NCBI RefSeq assembly: GCF_001194135.2
Contig: NC_068998.1
Coordinates: forward strand, 53,941,945 to 54,005,944
DNA length: 64,000 bases
From: Octopus bimaculoides
Taxonomy: Eukaryota
Direction: 5' to 3'
The stretch's first letter is position 1; every line of letters starts with the position of its first letter. Shown piece by piece: positions 53,191 through 64,000 of this stretch. Both the position numbers and the translations under genes were made by a program. Under the pieces are notes generated by a model. It ran no database searches, was not told the DNA's origin, and saw nothing but the letters and a program-made list of their open reading frames with translations.

Positions 53191-53235
53191 ATATCTGATA
53201 GAAGAGATCCAACAGATCGAAACAGCCGCCTCTCT
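53191..53235 (+). other. Degenerate hammerhead-like motif
   Basis: CTGAT(A)GA-AGA-GATC(caaca)GATC-GAAAC-AGCCGCC. Two T>C changes would restore the palindrome ACAGCTGT followed by C. Stem I does not pair. Confidence 0.3.
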
Positions 53236-53919
53236 CACAATTTTCTTGCAGTAACTTTACAATACATTGGTTGTGTATCTGTGCATGTCTGTGTGTATCC
53301 ACATACACACGTGCACACTCATACACACACACACACAAATGCGTGTGCACGTGTGTATTTGTACGCGTTTTATCGTGTGTGTGTGGTTGAGTAATTGAAT
53401 ATAATTTCGTTACTTCAGTGAGTTTCTCACTCTCCGTGTGGTCTTCCGTCAAGTCTATTCCCAGCAGCGAATTACAGACTCGAAAATAGTTGCTTTTTTT
53501 CTTATGATTTTTCTTTCTGTCTTTCAATATTTTTCCCGTGTCTGTGTATAACTAGTTTCCCGTCTCGAAGAATTCATTGAAATATCATCAAACCTCGAGG
53601 TAGGGGATATATAGCCAAAGAATTTCAATAATGTTATTAATCTCTCCTCGAGCATATTTTTTGTTTATTTTTATTTTTTACATGCTATGAAGGTAAAGAG
53701 AAGGATCTAAGAAAACTAGCGTCGGTCTGCCTTGGCAAATAGTGCATACAATACAGCATAAACAGTGGAATGAATTACTCTGCTGGAAGTGAGAAAATGT
53801 GATGTTTTCCACATGGCACTCTGTCGGTGGTGGAGATGACTTTTTTCCTTCATCTTTATATAATTATTTTTCGATGGCCTTAGAAAACACAAATCTTCAA
53901 CGAATGGTACTGATCCAAA

Positions 53920-54350
53920 ACTTACTGACATACTTAAGTCCTTCCCTCCTTATGGAGCTTAGGTCATCGATGACTTTTCTCCATTGTTCTGGTCTTTGGA
54001 CGGTTTTTTTTTTCTGGATTAGATTCCTGCTTTTTCAGGCCGCTTCCTTTCGGATTTTGTTTCACTGCGTCATATCTTCCCCTGACGGAAGGCCGTCATC
54101 TACCACACCTCGTTGATTTTGAATTGTCATCGACGCTTCTTAAACTTTGATTTTTTTTTTCTTGTCGGTTAGGATGTTGACTTCATGCAAACCCATTTTT
54201 ACCTCTAGAAAGAGTTGGACCCTATCAATGTGGTCTCTATCGTCTGACCTGAGAGACCCTATCGGGAGCTTGCGCTCCGCTAGCACAGTTTTCGGGGTCA
54301 TCGAGGCAGACAAACCATCACACAACAACAAGAATTCAACCTCGCGGTGG
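53920..54350 (-). mobile_element. Internally deleted (non-autonomous) RTE-type element of about 430 bp: 5' UTR joined to the ORF C-terminus and a (TAAG)n-like tail
   Basis: The 5' part cttgttgttgtgtgatggtttgtctgcctcgatgacccc resembles RTE/BovB-type 5' UTRs. The 3' part translates as ...QRPEQWRKVIDDLSSIRREGLK and ends in ttaagtatgtcagtaag. Confidence 0.7.
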
Positions 54351-55877
54351 ATCAAAGGCGGTCAGAGATGGGGTTTTATTAAAAGCATTAAGGATTTGGG
54401 ATATATTAGCAGCTAATAAATGTTTTCAGATATTTTTCACACTAATATAATGATATTGGTGTTGTGGTTTATCCCAGGTCAGCCGTGACGTAGACCTATA
54501 ATCGAAACGTCCCCATCCATGCCCACTTCATCATCGTGTACATATAACACTACATTCTTCAATTTATTTCTTTGTTATTTTTAAGACTCTGAGGTAGAGT
54601 TTGTCAGCAACTGATGTCAGTGCCAATTATTACGTAGAGGTTCTTGCATTGGTTCGGCGGATGTAGTAATTTTGAAAGGTTATCTCCTTTGTCATTACAT
54701 GAATCTTGGACCATATCATTATATATACATTGCACTTTTTAAGACAACAAATACAATTCACAGCACATTAGGTTCTTATTTTTAGCAGGTCGATCGACAA
54801 CAGTTCATTCTAATCTAATAGTTCGCTCGTTAATTTCGAGATTTTAATTCATACAACTTGTGTTCATTGTTCAAATCCTGCGCTATTCTTCAATTTTATT
54901 CTTTTTCTACACTGGCGATAAAATAATCACCAGTTGTAGATCTGATTGAACCACAAATCGAATCACCAATCTACCAATATACTGTTGTAACTCAAGGTGA
55001 GAGTAACTAATGAGGAAACTCTGTATCGTCTCTAGTTCTTCAGGAAATAGTTAAATCACTTCATTAGAAAAAAAAAGCGAAAAAGCATTTCATAAATACA
55101 TTCGTGTATAATGTATAGCATGAAAGAAATTATGCGGCGGCCGATATCGACTGCAATTGTTTATATTATATGACGGTTCTATAAGAGATGCTTCGGGGAT
55201 AAACAACAACAATATGTAGAATTATATAAACATAGAAAAAGATCATTAACGTTTAACATTTTAAAGAATTTAGAACAGTTTTCATTTATTTAATGTTTTT
55301 CGCAAGAAAATTTGATTTTTTGTTAAATATATTTCCTGATGGATATAGACAATTTTTTTTTTCTTTTGGTATTCCTAATTAATTATTTTAATTTAAATGA
55401 GTTTGTATTAATAAATAACTATTCAAAATGTATACCATTTTCATCTCAGAACATTTTTCCCAGTAGGTTTACTGATTTCTTTCATCATTTTCAGTATGAA
55501 AATTCCGAGGATATATTTTACTCAACTACACCAAAAACTCTATATTTAATAGCGAAATATTTCGTACAAAAGTATGTAAATCACGTATTTAAAATTCCTA
55601 ACATAATTATTTTACAAGTTTTTCTTCAGCATTGAATGTGCCTGCATGTATGAATATGTTTATATATATGTACATCATATATATATATATNNNNNNNNNN
55701 TATGTGTGTGTGTGTATGTATGCATGCATGTATGTATGTATGTATGTATGTATATATGTATGTATACATCTAACATAGGATAACATTTTCAAAAAATTTT
55801 ATTTGTGGCCAGCATATTAAAAGATACCTTATTTATAACATAACCATTGTTTTACTTGTGTCACTTTTTCTTTATAC

Positions 55878-55883
55878 ATATGC

Positions 55884-55960
<77 letters not shown>

Positions 55961-55962
55961 GC

Positions 55963-56029
<67 letters not shown>

Positions 56030-56030
56030 C
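55878..56030. repeat. Compound (TA)n(CA)n(TAGA)n microsatellite
   Basis: Visible runs. Confidence 0.96.
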
Positions 56031-56901
56031 AACAGCCTCATAAAACATGCAACTGAAATATCAGGTCACTAGCTTAAAGTGTAGATGGCTGAGTATGTGT
56101 GTGTGTAATTATCATAATTTTTTATATCATCTTCAAGCAATTAACGTCTTTTAAACAGTTAAATTATTTAATAATCTTTAATATTCACATAATGCCACAG
56201 TACATGCTTTTTTCTTTTGCTGTAAGGGCCAAAATTTATTGATTCAGCCCAATATATTTTGGCTCTTTTATAATTAATCACAAAGTATTGAAAACTTAGA
56301 CTTGTCTTGATGGAATCTGAACTTACAAAATAAACTTTCTTTACGTATCCTCAAGTTATTTGCCCTGTCGCACATTCGATCGTAATATTTCTTCGCTGCG
56401 TCTCATTGCCAAGTTAAATAATAAAATTCTATATTTCTGTATTATAAAATATAGAACAATATCACATTAACATCTGTCAAAACATATTTGTACAGTCTTA
56501 CATATAACTATCGATTGATAAAGTTGAGTTTTATACTAGCTGAGACACTGCAAATATTTGACGAATTTGAAGGGTAGACGTCTGAAAGATATTAATTTGT
56601 CTTTTTGAGACAATATGACCTGAAGTAAGAAGTTGAATAAGTATCTTTCAATACATACATTGTGTAAAGCGAAGTAAATATAGATATACCATTCCACTTG
56701 TTTATGATGATCAACTTTTAACATTTTCGAAACACACCATTCATTTATGGTTTCTCTTAAGATGGTGAATAACAGACATGGAGTTCTACAGCGACCACGA
56801 GACTGGTAGCAAGGAGTAATCCTCCAGCAAAAGACAAAGAGCAAACGCTTGAAACTTATGGAGCTTCAGGAGAACAGTGTTATACGAGTCCGAACTCTAG
56901 T

Positions 56902-57150
56902 TTACAAGGGGCATTCCAGAAGTTGTAAAACGTTCTTAGGAGAGGCAGTTATAAATTTCCTAGAGTATTGTAATTTTTGAATATCATTGTTTTACATCTA
57001 ATAAAGGTAATCTGCAACATTTTTTCTGCTCTAGATTAAAAGAGATAGTTGTAGGAGCACGTTGAACATACCCCACTAAACACTGCTATTGACACCCTAC
57101 TAAAAACTGCTTGTCACAACTGCACGACAGAGAAGGGCATCAAAACAATA
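56902..57150 (+). mobile_element. Possible mariner-type DNA transposon terminal fragment
   Basis: Starts TACAAGGGGCATTCCAGAAGTT, resembling TA-C(G/A)AGGGG-type mariner TIRs. No second TIR seen. Confidence 0.35.
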
Positions 57151-57331
57151 AATATATTTATCTTTTATCTTTTACTGGTTTCAGTCAGAGAGCCGAACCT
57201 ACTTAAGATGACAGTTTCAGAAGCCGCAGTGGGCTTCCCGGCCTGCGATATAAACATGAATGCTTTTATGTATCCCAAGCTCATATGAGACTTTCTCTCA
57301 TGGTAAATATCGCAGTCGTTCCACTCATTTA

Positions 57332-57475
57332 CAGTTGAGTCCAAAAGTTTGGAATATAGGTCTGAAAATTAGAATTTTTGATATTCAATGCCCAAGATTA
57401 TATTTGAATTCAGTTGTACTTAGTCATAACAATTTTAATTTTTAAAGTAAAGTTCCAAATTCTTGTCCACGACTG
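57332..57475. mobile_element. 144-bp Tc1/mariner-type MITE with TA target duplication
   Basis: The left end TA-CAGTTGAGTCCAAAAGTTTGGAAT and the reverse complement of the right end TA-CAGTCGTGGACAAGAATTTGGAAC match at 19/26 nt. Confidence 0.7.
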
Positions 57476-58230
57476 TACATAATATGTATGACAAAAAGGA
57501 GTTTTAAAATATATCATTTATGCTTGAAACATTATGGCTTTGTAGAACGCCATGCAAGCTAGAATATTGTAAAGCGTGGATCAAGATGGTAAATTATATT
57601 TATTTATTGAAGAATTAAAACGAATTCTATACCATAAATTTACAAATACTGCTAAAACCTGCACTTCAAAGAACTAGGATCTTCTCTTTTCTCGATATAT
57701 TGGAAAGAGTGACGCCAGTATTGATAAAGCTTTCATTATTAGTAGGAAGACACGGGAAAGGTTTTTATAAAAAAAAAAAACTGGCAGGAAATTATTCAGA
57801 ATATAATGTAACTTGCTTATTTTCTTTTTCGTTTTATTATTTGGTTATTGAACAAATAAAGGGGGATTTGTGTGACTTTTGTAGTTGAGAATTAAATTAA
57901 GACGGCCATCAAATAATATCATTAATTTGTAGATCGCTGTTAGTATCCAGACTCCGGAAGTTCCGTTTCTTCAATACAGCAACATTTCATCCCCAATAAA
58001 CCACATTACAGATTCCAATGACTCCTACATCTTCAACAACAACCGAATTAATTCAGTTTTTTTTTTTTTTTAGCCTCAGGTCAAATCTTATCGGGAACCA
58101 TCCTGTTGTTTTGGATATCGAAAACTACATCTTTTCAAGTAGCGTAGCTAGGGTGGTGAGGCTGGCGATTCCTCCCGGGCGACGCTTTGATGTATATATA
58201 TATATATATATACATATATANNNNNNNNNN

Positions 58231-58283
<53 letters not shown>

Positions 58284-58409
58284 AGTATGTGTGTGTTTCT
58301 TAGCGTGTGTATATATACATATATATACATATACATATATATATGTATATATACACTAACTGACACTTACGTACATCCTGTGCATATAAAAATCTCTAAA
58401 ACATGGCTT

Positions 58410-58668
58410 GGTTCTCCATCGATTACGACGACGAGTATTTCACTTGGTTTCATCAACGGAACAGCTTCCTTGGACCCTTAACGTAATTCTCATGGAAAGT
58501 TAGTGTGATAAACCGCATTCGAAACTGCTGATCCATTGAATTACTGGTACAACTCCTTTTTGCCGGCTGACTGGAGCAACGAGAATTGTTCAGGAACGCA
58601 ATGCGCCACTGGGGATCGAACTCACGCCCTTACGATCATGAGCCAAACATCCCGAACACCACACGTCT
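58410..58668 (-). mobile_element. SINE family C, near full-length with an internal deletion
   Basis: tRNA-like head with B-box GAGTTCGATCCC; body gagaattacgttaaggg...gctgttccgttga...cgtcgtcgtaatcgatggag. Confidence 0.85.
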
Positions 58669-59709
58669 TCTCTACATTATAGATGTTCTACACCTGGTCA
58701 GCCGTTCTGCTGGACATCTCATCTGTTTTAGACTTCATCAGTCTTCGATTAATTCTTTATTTAAAAAATGTAAAGATGACGACTTGTTCTTATGAATCAT
58801 AATTCAGTTTTTTCTAATATCTTGTTCAATTTCACACCGAAAATACATTCAAATAGCTGAGTATTATGTTTCATCTTTCCATATCGATGTTGTTAATGCA
58901 TCTCATTTGGCTTCCACTATTCTGTTCTTTTACGTATGCCGCCGCCGCCGTTGTTGTTGTTGTTTTTGGCATATACAGTAAATATCTGGTTTATATAAAT
59001 ACAAGTATTAAACTACTACATCGGAAATAGCAGGTAATTTTTTTACAGTAAATCTCAAATGAATTTTATTGAAACCCACGTGAAAGTTTTGTTTTGAGAT
59101 TAGTCGATACCAATATCAATCTGGACAAAAAAAATAACTGCAATGATTCTACTTCGTTTGGCACGAAATTAAGACCTAGACAGATTTCAAAATGGAGACT
59201 GACAAATTGTTTGTTTGTTTTTTTTTCTTCTTTGTCTGAAACTGCAGCAATATTAAAATCCCGTCTGCTTCACTGTTCCAGTTAAACACAGAACAGATTT
59301 ACAGTGTGGCAGTCTATATCGTCTTCTGACATAGAAGTACAAATTTTTTTTAAAATACTATAATCAACCTGGCTATAAATCTTCAGAAAAAAAAACTTTT
59401 GCAGAAGCTACAAAACACATTGATTCTCTAGATAGAAAATACTGTTTTACATTGTCGAGGCATTTTACTAAAGCAATTCTACGATAGAAGCATCGCGTTG
59501 TTGCTCTACCTGTAGAAAATACTGGTCGAATCACTCTCAAATCACACCATTCCATTTAAGTATGTATTAAATCACACTTGGGATTAAATAATCTAAATTA
59601 TACATGTAGATTATTTTGGTGACGGATCGAACGCTTTTGATCAGAGGTTTTCACGATCAAAGTTGATCGGGGGCTCTTAAACAAAAAATTAAAAAAGAAA
59701 GTCTATAAA

Positions 59710-59990
59710 TCGTTGTGTGAATAGGAAACTCGGTTCAATCCTTATGCACGACATCTTAGTCATGAAACCTCTACGACAGTCCTTAGCCCACCAATACCTT
59801 GTGAGTGCATTTGGTACGCGAAAACTGTGCGGAAGTTCGCCACGTACATGTGTGTGTGCGTGTGTGTGTTTGTAACCAGTGTTCTTTCGTTTACGTCTCT
59901 GTAATTAGCAGTTCGAGTAAAGAAGACTGATAGAATAAGTATGACTATGTACATGCAGTAGACTTGTTACTGTCAAAACTAACGATTTGC
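59710..59990 (+). mobile_element. SINE family B, diverged copy
   Basis: cggttcaatcc...accaataccttgtgagtgcatttggtacgcgaaaactg...gtttacgtctctgtaattagcagttcg...gatagaataagta. Confidence 0.7.
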
Positions 59991-59996
59991 CATTAT

Positions 59997-60043
<47 letters not shown>

Positions 60044-60431
60044 CATACATACTTACATACATACATACATACATACATTTATCAGTANNNNNNNNNNNNN
60101 NNNNNNNNNNNNNNNNNNNNNNNNNNNNNNNNNNNNNNNNNNNNNNNNNNNNNNNNNNNNNNNNNNNNNNNNNNNNNNNNNNNNNNNNNNNNNNNNNNNN
60201 NNNNNNNNNNNNNNNNNNNNNNNNNNNNNNNNNNNNNNNNNNNNNNNNNNNNNNNNNNNNNNNNNNNNNNNNNNNNNNNNNNNNNNNNNNNNNNNNNNNN
60301 NNNNNNNNNNNNNNNNNNNNNNNNNNNNNNNNNNNNNNNNNNNNNNNNNNNNNNNNNNNNNNNNNNNNNNNNNNNNNNNNNNNNNNNNNNNNNNNNNNNN
60401 NNNNNNNNNNNNNNNNNNNNNNNNNNNNTCT

Positions 60432-60464
<33 letters not shown>

Positions 60465-61143
60465 ATACATATATATATATATATGTATGTGTATATATAT
60501 ATGTATGTATATATATTTGTTATTTATGCATATGCACACAATTATGTGAACGCATACACATGCAGATGTATAGTTAATCAATAACAACAGTTAGAAACAC
60601 GCTAAAATCTATTCCATTTTCTTTCTTGGAAGTGTTGTATGGTTTTATTGCAACTAATCCCAAGAAATTGAATTTGTTTGCCAAAGACAAATAGCCAGAT
60701 AGACCCTAAAACGCTTACCCCTTCACTTCGATATATTAATCTTTTATTTTTATTTTCATGTTTATTCATTATTTTCTTCTTTTTTGTTTTTGCTTTTACA
60801 ATGATATGCAGTTGCTGAAAAGAAAATTCATATACTGTCATAACAAATAGTATTTGCTTAATAATGAAGTAAGTTCTTTTCAAAATTGCTTTCGCATTTC
60901 ACATAGAACTGTCCTTAAGCGAATTCTCGATATTCTGCAATTCATGAGGAATGAAGAAAAACAAAATTCCTTCTCACTGAATCGCCTTTCTTTCTCTTTA
61001 TTCTTTCCTTGGCTACTTATTAACTTATTTCCTTATTTTTAAGGTTACATTTTCTCAGCAGGAAAAATAAATATTTTTATACATATTTATATACATTATT
61101 CTTATTATTATTATTATTATTGTTACTATTAATATTATTATTA

Positions 61144-61187
<44 letters not shown>

Positions 61188-61363
61188 GTTATTATTATTA
61201 TATTTTCGTTATTTTACTTTGCGATAAGAAACCAATATATATATATATACTCACAAATACACACACACACACGCACACACACACACACACANNNNNNNNN
61301 NNNNNNNNNNNNNNNNNNNNNNNNNNNNNNNNNNNNNNNNNNNNNNNNNNNNNNNNNNNNNNN

Positions 61364-61433
<70 letters not shown>

Positions 61434-62169
61434 CATGTATGTATGTATGTGCAATTATTTTGTATGTTTGCAAACATGTATCCAGAGTTATACGATTATA
61501 TAAATGTGTACACTAATGGTGTGTACGCGTGTGTGTGCGCGTGTGTGTGTGCGCGTGTGTATGTATGCACCCTATTTGTGTTTTTTATTTATCAATGTGT
61601 ATGCGTGAGTCGATAACGAAGTGAACCTTGGGCAGCACTTTCATATTTGCCTATCTAATTGTATTTTTCCATTGAAATGAATCTCATGTACGAAGGATGT
61701 CTTTAGTACGTCAATATATAATTGGTCTTTGGTAATTCTAATAGCAAGAAAGAGGAAACCAAAAGCACCCCGTCAGGTATAATATGGCTAAATTCTTTGA
61801 AGAGAAAGTAGGTATGTTTGCTTTAGTTCTTTCACTGCGATTACGGTACAAGTTTGGAGAAGAAATATTTCTTATATTTCCTAACGTTAGTAACACTCTC
61901 GTTTTCATTTCATTCTGAATAAAATGTTATTAGCGTCGATATACATCTTGCCAGTGACAGCCAGATATTTTAACTGACTTTCTCTGATATTCAAGTAAGC
62001 CAGTGATATTTCTATCCAACTTCCTTTGTAGTTAGTCAATGTGGTTATCAACCGACATACGTCTGGAGCATTTTCCTTTACTCGTCCACAACCAAATGAA
62101 CTCTGGTATTGCACAACACATATAAAATAAGTTACTATACTGCCAACATATCTCTGTGCAATGAAACTA

Positions 62170-62185
62170 GTGTTGTTGCTGTTGA

Positions 62186-62242
<57 letters not shown>

Positions 62243-62296
62243 CAGCAACGGCGGCGGTGGCGGCGGCGGAGGCGGCGGCGGTGGCGGTGGTGGCGC
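62170..62296. repeat. Graded compound microsatellite (GTT)(GGT)(GTA)n(GCA)(GGC)n
   Basis: Visible runs; (GGC)n spans about 62249-62296. Confidence 0.95.
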
Positions 62297-62385
62297 CGAA
62301 TTACCTGCTCCTGAAATACCCTGTAAATGAATGACAATTCCACAGACACATTTGTATCCCTCATCGTAACTCTAAGACATCGGAG
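62297..62385 (-). mobile_element. SINE family C fragment
   Basis: The minus-strand gagttacgatgagggatacaaatgtgtctgtggaat...tttcaggagcagg aligns with 10590-10660. Confidence 0.65.
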
Positions 62386-62624
62386 TGACACACAGGATAT
62401 GACGAAGCTATATCGCCTAACAGCTTTCTATTCATTTTACATCGACGGGCATGCTCGGCCTGTGGTTGCAATTTCTAATTCAAACTTTCAATAGGGATTC
62501 CCATAAACTTTGAATATCTGGACCTTTTGGCTTCCTTTGAGCCAAAGTGAGGTTTTGGGGACCGTGAAGGCAAATCATCTTCATTAGCTAATGAACAGGA
62601 TAGAGTGTAATCAGTGTTATCTAC

Positions 62625-62745
62625 ATTCAGAGAAATTAACGTACAAGTGGCTGAGTACTCCACAGACACCTGTACCTTTAATGTAGTTCTCAAGGAGATT
62701 CCGCCTGACACAAAATGTGATAAGGTTGGCCCTTCGAACCCTTCT
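62625..62745 (-). mobile_element. SINE family C fragment
   Basis: The minus-strand gagaactacattaaaggtacaggtgtctgtggagtactcagccacttgtacgttaatttc is nearly identical to 10590-10650. Confidence 0.85.
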
Positions 62746-63129
62746 CCGTTCATCTTTGGGTTTGATGTGTCGTGCTCCTGTGCTTTCTCGAAACTTAGTC
62801 TTTATCCCCTAAATTACTTTCTAAAGCTAATTAACTTTTCATATATAAATTTAATTAAGAAATATCATCTAATTTCAGGAAGAAAACTAATTACCAGACG
62901 GAATGTAAATTTTTGCGATTAATCAACTTTGTATGTCACAGACACTGATGATGCGTGAAAAATGAAGTAATCTCCAGGAAAATTTGATACGTGCGTTATA
63001 CGGGAGCAGCCAACCTTTGCCGAACTTGCACACTTAGTTATTATTAATGCTATGCCTGTGTAGTTTCTAATTGGTGTTTCTTGTTATCATCTATCGAGCT
63101 GTGTTGCAGTGTGACGATAGCCTAATATG

Positions 63130-63720
63130 TTTTCTCATTCTGGTACAAGGCCAGGAATTTTGAGCGAAGGGAGTTTGTCGATCGCTTCCATTCCGGAATA
63201 TAGTTGATGCCAATTTTATCGAGTCCAAAGGGATGAAGTGCAAAATTGACATCAGCGCGATTTGAACTCAGAACATGAAAGACCAGAGAAATTATTATAA
63301 TTACTTCCGGATCGCCGACTTCTAATGCCTTAATATAATTATTACTGTTTTTGGCTCGAGGCCAGCAACTTGGCGTAGAGGGAGCTAGTCGATTATAGTC
63401 CCCACTGTTCAACTGGTACTGATTTTATCCTCCCCCACCCCAAAAAAAAGGCGGCATTTGGACTCGGAACATAAGTAAAGAGGAACAACATACCGCTAAG
63501 TATATTCTCTGACTTGCTAACGATTCTGCCATCCCGCTACCTTGAATAATGGTTTCAAATTTCGACATAAGGGCAGCAGTTTTAGGGGACGGAGTAAGTC
63601 GAATAGATGTCCCTCAGGGCTCAACTGGCATTTTATTTTATCGACTCCGAAAGAATGAAATGCAAAATCGATCTCGGCGTAAAGAGCCGGAAGAAATATC
63701 GTTAAGCAATTTCTTGTTAT
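63130..63720 (-). mobile_element. Three head-to-tail SINE family A copies (about 63130-63320, 63340-63543, 63545-63715)
   Basis: Each repeats the order ggcc..aattt, gtcga, aactgg, (g)aaag.atgaa, (at)ttg.actc.gaac. The middle copy keeps its head (ctaacgattctgccatcccgc). Confidence 0.8.
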
Positions 63721-64000
63721 ATTCGACCACTTTCCATCAGCCTAATATAATAATAAAATCTAAGCGATCACTACTCTGTTTTCATAAATATTTTGCAACA
63801 TACGTTCTAACCAATTCCTTAAACTGCTTTAGAGGTGTTTTTTCATAATATTTAAAATTTTGGAAAACGTGTTGCATTTTCTCACCTCTGCGATGAGCGT
63901 ATGCTATTGTATGTCGGTTGCTACTTTGTCTGTACTGAAAGTTCCTATGAAATCAAAAGCAATCCAAATCGATTTTGTAAACTCTAAATAGTAAAATATG

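Noticed and set aside
61745-61811. Possible short exon ending MAKFFEEKV-G|GTATGT
   Set aside because: It is too short and has no supporting downstream exon in the window.
58370-62810. Apparent phase-compatible minus-strand exons (…RRNLLENYIKG / ENYVKG…, SKEAVPLMKPSEIL…) and the 92-aa and 102-aa ORFs at 62475-62922
   Set aside because: The nucleotide sequence is the family C SINE body, also present at 10588 and 12160. The peptide similarity is repeat homology, not a gene.

Overview
AT-rich eukaryotic scaffold, densely filled with microsatellites and containing 12 N-gaps (about 3.3 kb in total). The interspersed-repeat content resembles an octopus (coleoid cephalopod) short-read assembly; this is an inference from memory of the repeat families and was not checked by a search. 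No protein-coding gene can be confidently called: nearly all tracked ORFs are microsatellite read-throughs, N-gap artefacts or decayed transposons. Supported content: (i) three tRNA-headed SINE families (called A, B and C here), about 30 copies or fragments; (ii) LINE remnants, namely a CR1-type 3' end, an R4/Dong-type 3' end, an RTE 3' end and a ~430-bp internally deleted RTE; (iii) a dead pogo/Tigger DDE transposase of ~1.1 kb, a Tc1-type MITE and isolated TIRs; (iv) six minimal hammerhead-ribozyme-like motifs of the Penelope-like/retrozyme architecture (CUGANGA, stem II, GAAAC, palindromic stem III). These include one near-intact copy at 2763-2831, an outward-facing pair at 46329-46504 and one cut in half inside a TSD-flanked palindromic insertion at 650-810. 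A few plus-strand candidate exons with good splice signals exist but have no recognisable product. No CRISPR array, rRNA or intact tRNA gene was seen.
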